A stretch of 64,000 nucleotides of DNA. Source: Lepidodermella squamata. Lineage: Eukaryota > Animalia > Gastrotricha. Below are positions 46,309-59,309 of the stretch, piece after piece. Made by a program: the position numbers and the translations under genes. Numbering within the stretch: the stretch's first letter is position 1; every line of letters begins with the position of its first letter. The stretch spans positions 806,001 to 870,000 of the forward strand of contig JBLDXI010000011.1 in the NCBI GenBank assembly GCA_047495785.1. Direction: 5' to 3'. The notes beneath the pieces were generated by a model. It was given only the letters and a program-made list of their open reading frames with translations, ran no database searches and was not told the origin of the DNA.

Positions 46309-47257
46309 GAAGCATAGTCGCAAGTTGGTCCTCATGCAAGACTTGGCGGCAGATGGTAATGGAAATGTGACGACGACGACGACGCCAGTTACTACGCGCG
46401 CAGAAGGTGTTTGTGATAAAGATGCACTACAACGAAGAGCAATGACGAGGCAGCGTTTGTTTGATGGGCCCGCCTATTCCAAGGTGGAAGATTTGGAAAA
46501 TCAAATGACTGATATACTACAGCAACCAAATGTTAACTCGCAGAGTGCACGAGAGTACAACTACCTGTTCGGGGAACTTGAACGGCTCAAGCAAAACTTT
46601 CGACTGTTCCAAAATACCAGAGTTAACAACCAGAGTGATCAAGCACCTACGAAAGAGTCACCTCGACCTCCTGCTCCCACACCTGTTACTGGCACTACGC
46701 CTACCGCGGCGGCTGCTGCTGCTGCTTCTGATCCGGTAGCCGGTGGTAGTGATACTGCTGTAGCAGGCACGGTTACTAATGGGGACGCTACAACAAATTA
46801 CCTCAATGCTCGCTTTGGTAGTTTAAAGTCTGATCAACTTGAAAAAGCATCCTCTATTTTGAATCATCTGCGTTCGAATTTGTCACCTGATGCTACCTTC
46901 ACATTGGATGGATCATCGTCCTCCTCAACAATCACTTTTATTCGGGATGACAGTTCCTTGGCTGAGATCCCGGTCGATACTCTGGTTGAAGTCTTAACAA
47001 AAGCTCCAAGCAAATTATCAGTCTCCGCAAAGCAGCTGTTTCAACCAGTTGCGGAACTCTTGTCAAAGACCTCTGCACCCATGCATCTATTCGCAAAGTC
47101 GAGCATTGGTAAATCGGTCACGGCGATGACTAATGCTCGCTATCAAAATCCGACGCGTCCGCCGCGCCAACGGTCTATGTCGTCGTCATCGTTCCTTCGA
47201 GACATTGTTACACCTGATATTGCAACCATGTTTCCGTGGGAACACGTGGGAACATGA
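46301..47257 (+). CDS. Polinton accessory/structural protein
   Basis: MSEKHSRKLVLM..., LENQMTDILQ coiled coil; positional counterpart of 6026-7036. Confidence 0.72.
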   Translation: MSEKHSRKLVLMQDLAADGNGNVTTTTTPVTTRAEGVCDKDALQRRAMTRQRLFDGPAYSKVEDLENQMTDILQQPNVNSQSAREYNYLFGELERLKQNFRLFQNTRVNNQSDQAPTKESPRPPAPTPVTGTTPTAAAAAAASDPVAGGSDTAVAGTVTNGDATTNYLNARFGSLKSDQLEKASSILNHLRSNLSPDATFTLDGSSSSSTITFIRDDSSLAEIPVDTLVEVLTKAPSKLSVSAKQLFQPVAELLSKTSAPMHLFAKSSIGKSVTAMTNARYQNPTRPPRQRSMSSSSFLRDIVTPDIATMFPWEHVGT

Positions 47258-47471
47258 TAAAAGATTGTGGTTGCTGCTGCTACTACTACTACTACTACTA
47301 TTACTACTACTATCGTAATAAAATTTGCAATAAAACACGACCTGCAGGAGTGTCTCAATCGTTCATTCTCTCATTCATTCATTCATTCATTCATTCATTC
47401 ATTCATTCATACAACTGCATTTACCAAACCTGCCGCAGTCACATGACCGTGGGAACATTTTTCAACAAACA

Positions 47472-47775
47472 ACCTTGATATTTATTATTCAATTTTCATT
47501 TTCGCGCCAAAAATTACAAACGACCTTGACATTTATTTTCAAATTTTCATTTTCGCGCCAAAAATTACAAACGACCTTGACATTTATTTTCAAATTTTCA
47601 TTTTCGCGCCAAAAATTACAAACGACCTTGACATTTATTTTCACATTTTCGCGCCAAAACTTTCTCAAACGACCTTGACATTTATTTTCACATTTTCGCG
47701 CCAAAACTTTCTCAAACGACCTTGACATTTATTTTCACATTTTCGCGCCAAAACTTTCTCAAACGACCTTGACAT
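47472..47775. repeat. Subterminal tandem repeat, 6 units of 45-51 bp
   Basis: Repeated ACCTTGACATTTATTTTCA...TTTTCGCGCCAAAA; inverted relatives at 29135-29200. Confidence 0.93.
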
Positions 47776-47780
47776 AATCA

Positions 47781-47854
47781 TTATGATTCATTTCTCCGAC
47801 CGTGGGAAAATATTTGAATTTTTGACCGTTGCTGGAGACCCCCCCCTTACTACT
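47781..47854 (-). repeat. Right TIR of element 2
   Basis: Exact reverse complement of 29037-29110. Confidence 0.97.
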
Positions 47855-49139
47855 ATTAACATTCGGTAAAAATAAGATTCCCTTTTGGGATTCCTAGAAT
47901 TTTCGATTCTATCTTTCTTGTCATAGAACGCGTGCATAACTCTTATTTACATCTCCAATTCACTTGGAACACGTGCCATAATTTGTGCGCATGAATTCCC
48001 ATTGACATTTCTGATTCCTGATATTCATCAACACATAGCAAAAGGAAACCTGTATACAACCCAGGTTAGTCTTTACTATATCTGTCAATTCACAGATTTC
48101 AAACCCTATTCGGCAACATCAATAATGACAAAAATGGCGAGATGTAGTTACCGCTCGGTAACAAATACGTTAAAGTGTTAGCTTCTGCTTCTCAGGAATG
48201 TCTTAGCTGGACGGTAAAAAGTTGAACTGATGAGTTGTCAAATGTTATTACTCGATCTGAAATCCAACAGCATGCTGATGATATTACCACTTATTTTGCA
48301 AGCCAGATCATCAATGAGCTTAAATCTGTCGTACAACGTGAAATGAATAGGGTTTGTCATTGGCTTCAATGCAACTCGCTAGCTGTGAACGGGAAAAACA
48401 TCGCAATTTATACCGCTCAACACATCGCTAAACCCACCGCGTTTAATTTCTCGATTACAATCAACGGCACTGTTGTTCCGTCCACCGAAATCATGTCGAC
48501 TCTCGGCTTCACCATCGACAATAAACTTACGCTCAAACAACCTATCAAAGGCGCGGAAAGGCCTGTTCGCGCTAAACAAGCAGTAAAATAGCTATTTTGA
48601 TGGCTAGCGGCCTGATCTTCAGCCATGTCAGTTACTGACTCAATGACCCGACTTTAGGACAGGCAACACGGACAACGTTGCATCGGCTCCGATCAACTCA
48701 AGATCGCTCCGAGACTATGAAGTTTGAACTGTGCTGCAGTTATGTGTTTTCTTTCAATTTTCAACTACGTCGGGGTGCCCTCTCTTGGTTGTTGTAGCTC
48801 CTAAACAAATGAAAAAAATATCAGATAGTCCCTTATGCCATGACGGCTACGTAATATGGACTTTTCTTTTCAAGGATTTTGAACAAGAGAAGTAACGAAC
48901 GTCCAAAAGACGTTTTCCATTCAGTTGAATGCAACGTCTTCAAAGTAATGTTAGAGTTAAGTGGGTTAGACTCTACTTGACAAGGTGGTCAAGTATGTCC
49001 GATCATAGGAGAAGCCTTGCTCGATTGGTGAAACCTTATCGGACAGCGTATAGATTCGAGGTCTGCGGCGACTGGAGAATTCAAAAAAAGGCCGGCATTC
49101 GAGATTTATCTTATTAGTTCCCATTTTTTTTATCTCAAC

Positions 49140-50018
49140 ATGGCCGTTCTCTTTGCGTTGCTTGCCGCCGCCGCCCTGTTTACCAGTTGTTTAGGCTGTC
49201 CAGCATCAACAACTACAACGCCTTGTCCGACTACTGCATCCGGATCAACAACATGCTCTTCTGGTAGCACTTGTGTTTCGTCAAGCAATGTTTGCAGTGA
49301 CACCACAAAAACATGCCAGACATCGGTAAATTCCCACCCGCTGTAATAATAAAACAAGCCACAACTTCTCATGCAGGGCTCATTCCAACTCTGCACTGGT
49401 ACATCCACTGGTGGCTCTGGTATCAGTGGAGTAGCCCTCAAGGTGTGCATTTCAACCGCTGTTGCTTGCACAAGCGCCTTCGGTAGCGGCATTACTGTAT
49501 GTTTCTAAATAAATGCCAATTCAATTGTCTTATTCAACTTGATGTAGCAACAAACCACAACCCCAAATGCCTACGACACGTTCTCTGCATGCTGCAATGC
49601 TGCTTCCAGCAATACAGCAGCGAACCTGAAATACGAATACATCCCGGCTCTAGGAACCGGAAATCCAGCGTTAATATGCTACGTCATGACGTCTGACACG
49701 CTGCCATACAAAATCGCCACTCCAGCGTCGCCGGCTAACACGAAAAAAGGTTACTGCACTCGCTTCCCATACACATCTTTCGGCACGGACGCACTTGCCT
49801 CGAGCGCTGATTTGGTTTGTTAACGCGAAATTGTAACGTGCTTGTATAAATGGGACTTTTTTCAGAAACTCGCTTCCTCCCCGTTCGCTTACGCCAGTTT
49901 TACCTTGTGTTGCACCAGCGTGTTTGGTGGCACCCCGGCAGGTACCAACGCATGGGGCCCGGCTGTTTCTGCCTATGGTCTTAGCTTTGAATCATGTGCC
50001 ACAACATCACCGACATAA
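49140..50018 (+). CDS. Secreted Cys/Thr/Ser-rich protein, copy 2
   Basis: Same structure as copy 1; one TCC>TTC (Ser>Phe) change near 49780. Confidence 0.87.
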
Positions 50019-50022
50019 AAAT

Positions 50023-52646
50023 CGTTCTTGTTGCGACGTAAGGGACCGCCAGTGCTAGCGTATATTTCTATATATAATTATACTGCCATATGGCGGTTGT
50101 TTACGACTGCGGCTAATAGGATGTAGGATGCCCTATTTCTACTTTAATAGCTTCGGAGATATTGCAATAAGATGTTAATGAATCATTACCAACTAGTTTT
50201 GAAATTACCCATTCTAAATAGAAAGTTAATCTGATTTCTACGAAAAATTATAAATGATATTCATGAACACTTAATTTTGTTGAAAGTAGATCTCGTCCCT
50301 GGAGGTTAGCGGATAATCTTTGAAGTGTCGCAATTAGGAAACAAGCGATATTTAAAGTTTTCTGAAAGTGTATCACTTTTAACCGAAGTAACAATTTTCA
50401 AGAAAAGATGACGGCGATACTCCATTGGGTATCTAGCTAACTATGTAACTAACGATTACTAAATTAACAAGCCACAGAAATGGGAGCGTAAGCGTTTTCT
50501 TCCCTTTCAAAACGAAGAATGTCTACATCTATTGGAGACTAATTAAGCTCCTTAAGTGTTACATTTTAAACCCCAGAGCAGATCAGATTTGTCTCTAAAA
50601 AGCTGCGCTTGCCAAGCAGAACAAATCGCTCCAGTTGCTTCAGAGATCTACCCGTAACTCATCTTGAAGTACGCGCCACTTTTTTGCCTTCACTTACTCT
50701 GAAACTCTGAGAATTATTTTGCATTCTCGCCAATAGATCGGTTTGAAGTGCCGTAAGCATTCCTGATAGCCCTAATTACAGATAAGATTCCAGCCAAAAT
50801 GACCAAGTGGATGCGCTTTGTAAATTATACTTCTGCATGATTGTTTTCTTTGATAACTATTAGTCCGTGGAATTTTGCTCTTGACGTAGTATTTCATTAG
50901 GAGTTTGCCATCCCGATACCCATCCCAAATGCCCAAACTTGAATGGTGGGTCAGGTTTTGTCGTATACGAATCAAGCCAATCGAGTTACATATCAAGCAT
51001 TACTCGAATTACTGCGAAATTAGTCAACCCAGTGGTTCTCAAACTATTTTCGCTCCCCCTCAGCTGGTGGGGCCGGTGCCCCCCCTGCCCCCCCCCCCCC
51101 CCCCCCCCCCTCAGTTACGCCCCTGCCGCGCGCCTCTATTCTCTCGATAATTGAAGTTTTCGAGTGCACTTTTAAGCGGATTGGTTATTAAATTAGGGTT
51201 TTGAGCAGTGGTTCTTGACTGAATTATTACGCGACCCCTGATTGGTCATTCAACTGAAGACGCGACCGACCACTCTCAAAAAGTCAAAACGTGAAAGAAA
51301 TTTTATGTAATATTTTAGCCAATTAATATTTGGCCTCCAAACTCCAAACCCGTGAATTAATTAACGTTTGCGAGCAAAGCGAGCTTTAGCTGACGAAATC
51401 TTTTTTCTTTCTGAAAATAGGCTAAAAATGCGTTAAAAGTGGGCTTTGAGTGTTTCTCGTCACGACTCTCGCGACCCCAAAACCTTCCGCAACCCTTTTC
51501 AAAATTGCCCGCGACCTTTCAAGTTTCAAGAATGACTGGTTCTGCTCGGGAGTGAAAATGCCATGCGTTGCGTTGGCCATAATTTAATGTAATTATGTGA
51601 ATAAAGCGAGAACATATTTCGGCTTCGAAAAAACCAAAATGTCAGTTGCATATAATATTGAATATGATATGCAACTGACGTCCAAAAAACAGCTTGAAGA
51701 AATTATGAACCATGGAATCGCTCAATGAAGGATTTCATATTCCTGATTTCATCCTACCTAGAAGCTAATATCGAACAAGAGGCGGTGGTTACTATTTATT
51801 GCTAAAATGTCAAATATCATAATATAAATTGTCGAATTGGAATCAAGATATTAAAACACAATGCAAGAGATAGGCGGACCTCTTCCGGCCGCATGCGGTC
51901 GGAAAAACGGGGTTTGAGAACCACTGCGTCAAGCGACTCCGCTTGTAGTTCAGTTTGGTGCAACAGCTAAACGGCTCATGTTTATCAGAAGTTGAACAGA
52001 AAAATATTCGATCGCTTTTTCATGTAACAAAATTTAAGAAGGATATCAAAATATCTGCGAATGTAGAAGGAACCAAAAAACCGATATTATCAGGCACCCC
52101 TCTGACCAATCACGGTATGACTAACCCCTATTTTTGCCTGCGTGCTGTCTGCGTGCTGTCCACGTGAACCGAGGCTTGCGGCCGTAAACTTTCTCTTCTG
52201 AGAACATTCTGTTTCGAACCCAGGACCTCTGTGCAACCAGTGTTTCAACAAATGGTTATAGCCATGATTCAACTAGACTATACAGAGGTACAGAAAAGTA
52301 TACTTGAGAATGAGCTGTTTTACCCTATGAGTTTACCCTATGGATATTGAGAAAAATCGATAGAATTATCCTAGACTACGCTTCAAGGGAACGAAGGTGA
52401 AATAAGGAAGAATAGGATAATTTGGTGGATCTTAAGAATTTAGCCATGATATGACGGAGAAATTTTCTGAAGCGTTTGTGCGTAGTACGCATTCTGGTAG
52501 GCGTTGCAACCGCACGGTATCGGATGCGCCGCAATAATGATGCTATTACCGACGAATACAAAGTAGCTTATACCAGTACCAAGTATTTTATTACCAACAG
52601 CATGAAAGTACTGCCAAATGAGGTCTCTTACGTCGCAACACGAACG
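50023..52646. mobile_element. Non-autonomous TIR transposon with 4-bp TSD AAAT (Sola1-like target)
   Basis: 25-bp TIR CGTTC.TGTTGCGACGTAAG.GACC; AAAT at 50019-50022 and 52647-52650; empty site in the other units. Confidence 0.9.
51030..51926. mobile_element. Nested hAT-like MITE
   Basis: CAGTGGTTCTCAAAC ... GTTTGAGAACCACTG; degenerate 8-bp TSD AGTCAACC/CGTCAAGC. Confidence 0.75.
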
Positions 52647-54281
52647 AAATGGCGACAGCTCAAACACCCTTGTTTTGCTGGCTTTGAACAACCTGCAAGA
52701 AGAACTGTTAATTTTGTTCATAATTCCTTGGCAAAAAAAAAACAGTAAGTCTGAGCCAACAAAATGAGAGTTTATTGCTTGATCGTTGCAATGGTTTTCT
52801 ACATCTGATTACTGTTTCCATTCACGTTGATGGCATTCAAGAGTTGAATAAAAATTATAATCGGAAAATATATGATTCTTTGTACACAAAGATATTCTGC
52901 CGGTGCCTAAATTTGTAATTATCCGGCTTTGACTAAGGTACCGTTTGGCCCCAACTCGCTGGCTACGCCACTACCAACTCGCGCAGTAGTTCAAACATTA
53001 ACATTCGGTAAAAATAAGATTCCCTTTTGGGATTCCTAGAATTTTCGATTCTATCTTTCTTGTCATAGAACGCGTGCATAACTCTTATTTACATCTCCAA
53101 TTCACTTGGAACACGTGCCATAATTTGTGCGCATGAATTCCCATTGACATTTCTGATTCCTGATATTCATCAACACATAGCAAAAGGAAACCTGTATACA
53201 ACCCAGGTTAGTCTTTACTATATCTGTCAATTCACAGATTTCAAACCCTATTCGGCAACATCAATAATGACAAAAATGGCGAGATGTAGTTACCGCTCGG
53301 TAACAAATACGTTAAAGTGTTAGCTTCTGCTTCTCAGGAATGTCTTAGCTGGACGGTAAAAAGTTGAACTGATGAGTTGTCAAATGTTATTACTCGATCT
53401 GAAATCCAACAGCATGCTGATGATATTACCACTTATTTTGCAAGCCAGATCATCAATGAGCTTAAATCTGTCGTACAACGTGAAATGAATAGGGTTTGTC
53501 ATTGGCTTCAATGCAACTCGCTAGCTGTGAACGCGAAAAACATCGCAATTTATACCGCTCAACACATCGCTAAACCCACCGCGTTTAATTTCTCGATTAC
53601 AATCAACGGCACTGTTGTTCCGTCCACCGAAATCATGTCGACTCTCGGCTTCACCATCGACAATAAACTTACGCTCAAACAACCTATCAAAGGCGCGGAA
53701 AGGCCTGTTCGCGCTAAACAAGCAGTAAAATAGCTATTTTGATGGCTAGCGGCCTGATCTTCAGCCATGTCAGTTACTGACTCAATGACCCGACTTTAGG
53801 ACAGGCAACACGGACAACGTTGCATCGGCTCCGATCAACTCAAGATCGCTCCGAGACTATGAAGTTTGAACTGTGCTGCAGTTATGTGTTTTCTTTCAAT
53901 TTTCAACTACGTCGGGGTGCCCTCTCTTGGTTGTTGTAGCTCCTAAACAAATGAAAAAAATATCAGATAGTCCCTTATGCCATGACGGCTACGTAATATG
54001 GACTTTTCTTTTCAAGGATTTTGAACAAGAGAAGTAACGAACGTCCAAAAGACGTTTTCCATTCAGTTGAATGCAACGTCTTCAAAGTAATGTTAGAGTT
54101 AAGTGGGTTAGACTCTACTTGACAAGGTGGTCAAGTATGTCCGATCATAGGAGAAGCCTTGCTCGATTGGTGAAACCTTATCGGACAGCGTATAGATTCG
54201 AGGTCTGCGGCGACTGGAGAATTCAAAAAAAGGCCGGCATTCGAGATTTATCTTATTAGTTCCCATTTTTTTTATCTCAAC

Positions 54282-55160
54282 ATGGCCGTTCTCTTTGCGT
54301 TGCTTGCCGCCGCCGCCCTGTTTACCAGTTGTTTAGGCTGTCCAGCATCAACAACTACAACGCCTTGTCCGACTACTGCATCCGGATCAACAACATGCTC
54401 TTCTGGTAGCACTTGTGTTTCGTCAAGCAATGTTTGCAGTGACACCACAAAAACATGCCAGACATCGGTAAATTCCCACCCGCTGTAATAATAAAACAAG
54501 CCACAACTTCTCATGCAGGGCTCATTCCAACTCTGCACTGGTACATCCACTGGTGGCTCTGGTATCAGTGGAGTAGCCCTCAAGGTGTGCATTTCAACCG
54601 CTGTTGCTTGCACAAGCGCCTTCGGTAGCGGCATTACTGTATGTTTCTAAATAAATGCCAATTCAATTGTCTTATTCAACTTGATGTAGCAACAAACCAC
54701 AACCCCAAATGCCTACGACACGTTCTCTGCATGCTGCAATGCTGCTTCCAGCAATACAGCAGCGAACCTTAAATACGAATACATCCCGGCTCTAGGAACC
54801 GGAAATCCAGCGTTAATATGCTACGTCATGACGTCTGACACGCTGCCATACAAAATCGCCACTCCAGCGTCGCCGGCTAACACGAAAAAAGGTTACTGCA
54901 CTCGCTTCCCATACACATCTTCCGGCACGGACGCACTTGCCTCGAGCGCTGATTTGGTTTGTTAACGCGAAATTGTAACGTGCTTGTATAAATGGGACTT
55001 TTTTCAGAAACTCGCTTCCTCCCCGTTCGCTTACGCCAGTTTTACCTTGTGTTGCACCAGCGTGTTTGGTGGCACCCCGGCAGGTACCAACGCATGGGGC
55101 CCGGCTGTTTCTGCCTATGGTCTTAGCTTTGAATCATGTGCCACAACATCACCGACATAA
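54282..55160 (+). CDS. Secreted Cys/Thr/Ser-rich protein, copy 3
   Basis: Same structure; synonymous CTG>CTT at ~54770. Confidence 0.87.
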
Positions 55161-56795
55161 AAATGGCGACAGCTCAAACACCCTTGTTTTGCTGGCTTTG
55201 AACAACCTGCAAGAAGAACTGTTAATTTTGTTCATAATTCCTTGGCAAAAAAAAAACAGTAAGTCTGAGCCAACAAAATGAGAGTTTATTGCTTGATCGT
55301 TGCAATGGTTTTCTACATCTGATTACTGTTTCCATTCACGTTGATGGCATTCAAGAGTTGAATAAAAATTATAATCGGAAAATATATGATTCTTTGTACA
55401 CAAAGATATTCTGCCGGTGCCTAAATTTGTAATTATCCGGCTTTGACTAAGGTACCGTTTGGCCCCAACTCGCTGGCTACGCCACTACCAACTCGCGCAG
55501 TAGTTCAAACATTAACATTCGGTAAAAATAAGATTCCCTTTTGGGATTCCTAGAATTTTCGATTCTATCTTTCTTGTCATAGAACGCGTGCATAACTCTT
55601 ATTTACATCTCCAATTCACTTGGAACACGTGCCATAATTTGTGCGCATGAATTCCCATTGACATTTCTGATTCCTGATATTCATCAACACATAGCAAAAG
55701 GAAACCTGTATACAACCCAGGTTAGTCTTTACTATATCTGTCAATTCACAGATTTCAAACCCTATTCGGCAACATCAATAATGACAAAAATGGCGAGATG
55801 TAGTTACCGCTCGGTAACAAATACGTTAAAGTGTTAGCTTCTGCTTCTCAGGAATGTCTTAGCTGGACGGTAAAAAGTTGAACTGATGAGTTGTCAAATG
55901 TTATTACTCGATCTGAAATCCAACAGCATGCTGATGATATTACCACTTATTTTGCAAGCCAGATCATCAATGAGCTTAAATCTGTCGTACAACGTGAAAT
56001 GAATAGGGTTTGTCATTGGCTTCAATGCAACTCGCTAGCTGTGAACGCGAAAAACATCGCAATTTATACCGCTCAACACATCGCTAAACCCACCGCGTTT
56101 AATTTCTCGATTACAATCAACGGCACTGTTGTTCCGTCCACCGAAATCATGTCGACTCTCGGCTTCACCATCGACAATAAACTTACGCTCAAACAACCTA
56201 TCAAAGGCGCGGAAAGGCCTGTTCGCGCTAAACAAGCAGTAAAATAGCTATTTTGATGGCTAGCGGCCTGATCTTCAGCCATGTCAGTTACTGACTCAAT
56301 GACCCGACTTTAGGACAGGCAACACGGACAACGTTGCATCGGCTCCGATCAACTCAAGATCGCTCCGAGACTATGAAGTTTGAACTGTGCTGCAGTTATG
56401 TGTTTTCTTTCAATTTTCAACTACGTCGGGGTGCCCTCTCTTGGTTGTTGTAGCTCCTAAACAAATGAAAAAAATATCAGATAGTCCCTTATGCCATGAC
56501 GGCTACGTAATATGGACTTTTCTTTTCAAGGATTTTGAACAAGAGAAGTAACGAACGTCCAAAAGACGTTTTCCATTCAGTTGAATGCAACGTCTTCAAA
56601 GTAATGTTAGAGTTAAGTGGGTTAGACTCTACTTGACAAGGTGGTCAAGTATGTCCGATCATAGGAGAAGCCTTGCTCGATTGGTGAAACCTTATCGGAC
56701 AGCGTATAGATTCGAGGTCTGCGGCGACTGGAGAATTCAAAAAAAGGCCGGCATTCGAGATTTATCTTATTAGTTCCCATTTTTTTTATCTCAAC

Positions 56796-57674
56796 ATGGC
56801 CGTTCTCTTTGCGTTGCTTGCCGCCGCCGCCCTGTTTACCAGTTGTTTAGGCTGTCCAGCATCAACAACTACAACGCCTTGTCCGACTACTGCATCCGGA
56901 TCAACAACATGCTCTTCTGGTAGCACTTGTGTTTCGTCAAGCAATGTTTGCAGTGACACCACAAAAACATGCCAGACATCGGTAAATTCCCACCCGCTGT
57001 AATAATAAAACAAGCCACAACTTCTCATGCAGGGCTCATTCCAACTCTGCACTGGTACATCCACTGGTGGCTCTGGTATCAGTGGAGTAGCCCTCAAGGT
57101 GTGCATTTCAACCGCTGTTGCTTGCACAAGCGCCTTCGGTAGCGGCATTACTGTATGTTTCTAAATAAATGCCAATTCAATTGTCTTATTCAACTTGATG
57201 TAGCAACAAACCACAACCCCAAATGCCTACGACACGTTCTCTGCATGCTGCAATGCTGCTTCCAGCAATACAGCAGCGAACCTGAAATACGAATACATCC
57301 CGGCTCTAGGAACCGGAAATCCAGCGTTAATATGCTACGTCATGACGTCTGACACGCTGCCATACAAAATCGCCACTCCAGCGTCGCCGGCTAACACGAA
57401 AAAAGGTTACTGCACTCGCTTCCCATACACATCTTCCGGCACGGACGCACTTGCCTCGAGCGCTGATTTGGTTTGTTAACGCGAAATTGTAACGTGCTTG
57501 TATAAATGGGACTTTTTTCAGAAACTCGCTTCCTCCCCGTTCGCTTACGCCAGTTTTACCTTGTGTTGCACCAGCGTGTTTGGTGGCACCCCGGCAGGTA
57601 CCAACGCATGGGGCCCGGCTGTTTCTGCCTATGGTCTTAGCTTTGAATCATGTGCCACAACATCACCGACATAA
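56796..57674 (+). CDS. Secreted Cys/Thr/Ser-rich protein, copy 4
   Basis: Same structure as copy 1. Confidence 0.87.
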
Positions 57675-59309
57675 AAATGGCGACAGCTCAAACACCCTTG
57701 TTTTGCTGGCTTTGAACAACCTGCAAGAAGAACTGTTAATTTTGTTCATAATTCCTTGGCAAAAAAAAAACAGTAAGTCTGAGCCAACAAAATGAGAGTT
57801 TATTGCTTGATCGTTGCAATGGTTTTCTACATCTGATTACTGTTTCCATTCACGTTGATGGCATTCAAGAGTTGAATAAAAATTATAATCGGAAAATATA
57901 TGATTCTTTGTACACAAAGATATTCTGCCGGTGCCTAAATTTGTAATTATCCGGCTTTGACTAAGGTACCGTTTGGCCCCAACTCGCTGGCTACGCCACT
58001 ACCAACTCGCGCAGTAGTTCAAACATTAACATTCGGTAAAAATAAGATTCCCTTTTGGGATTCCTAGAATTTTCGATTCTATCTTTCTTGTCATAGAACG
58101 CGTGCATAACTCTTATTTACATCTCCAATTCACTTGGAACACGTGCCATAATTTGTGCGCATGAATTCCCATTGACATTTCTGATTCCTGATATTCATCA
58201 ACACATAGCAAAAGGAAACCTGTATACAACCCAGGTTAGTCTTTACTATATCTGTCAATTCACAGATTTCAAACCCTATTCGGCAACATCAATAATGACA
58301 AAAATGGCGAGATGTAGTTACCGCTCGGTAACAAATACGTTAAAGTGTTAGCTTCTGCTTCTCAGGAATGTCTTAGCTGGACGGTAAAAAGTTGAACTGA
58401 TGAGTTGTCAAATGTTATTACTCGATCTGAAATCCAACAGCATGCTGATGATATTACCACTTATTTTGCAAGCCAGATCATCAATGAGCTTAAATCTGTC
58501 GTACAACGTGAAATGAATAGGGTTTGTCATTGGCTTCAATGCAACTCGCTAGCTGTGAACGGGAAAAACATCGCAATTTATACCGCTCAACACATCGCTA
58601 AACCCACCGCGTTTAATTTCTCGATTACAATCAACGGCACTGTTGTTCCGTCCACCGAAATCATGTCGACTCTCGGCTTCACCATCGACAATAAACTTAC
58701 GCTCAAACAACCTATCAAAGGCGCGGAAAGGCCTGTTCGCGCTAAACAAGCAGTAAAATAGCTATTTTGATGGCTAGCGGCCTGATCTTCAGCCATGTCA
58801 GTTACTGACTCAATGACCCGACTTTAGGACAGGCAACACGGACAACGTTGCATCGGCTCCGATCAACTCAAGATCGCTCCGAGACTATGAAGTTTGAACT
58901 GTGCTGCAGTTATGTGTTTTCTTTCAATTTTCAACTACGTCGGGGTGCCCTCTCTTGGTTGTTGTAGCTCCTAAACAAATGAAAAAAATATCAGATAGTC
59001 CCTTATGCCATGACGGCTACGTAATATGGACTTTTCTTTTCAAGGATTTTGAACAAGAGAAGTAACGAACGTCCAAAAGACGTTTTCCATTCAGTTGAAT
59101 GCAACGTCTTCAAAGTAATGTTAGAGTTAAGTGGGTTAGACTCTACTTGACAAGGTGGTCAAGTATGTCCGATCATAGGAGAAGCCTTGCTCGATTGGTG
59201 AAACCTTATCGGACAGCGTATAGATTCGAGGTCTGCGGCGACTGGAGAATTCAAAAAAAGGCCGGCATTCGAGATTTATCTTATTAGTTCCCATTTTTTT
59301 TATCTCAAC

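Larger units (their letters stand above)
29037..47854 (+). mobile_element. Complete Polinton/Maverick element 2 (18,818 bp)
   Basis: Perfect 74-bp TIRs starting AGTAGT; 6-bp TSD ATTAAC (29031-29036, 47855-47860); single ATTAAC in the empty array units; full core gene set. Confidence 0.98.

Noticed and set aside
47472-47775. Possible CRISPR-like array
   Set aside because: Tandem units have no unique spacers, the context is eukaryotic, and there are no cas genes.
51206-51538. Further nested hAT MITE
   Set aside because: TIR and TSD matches are too degenerate to support.
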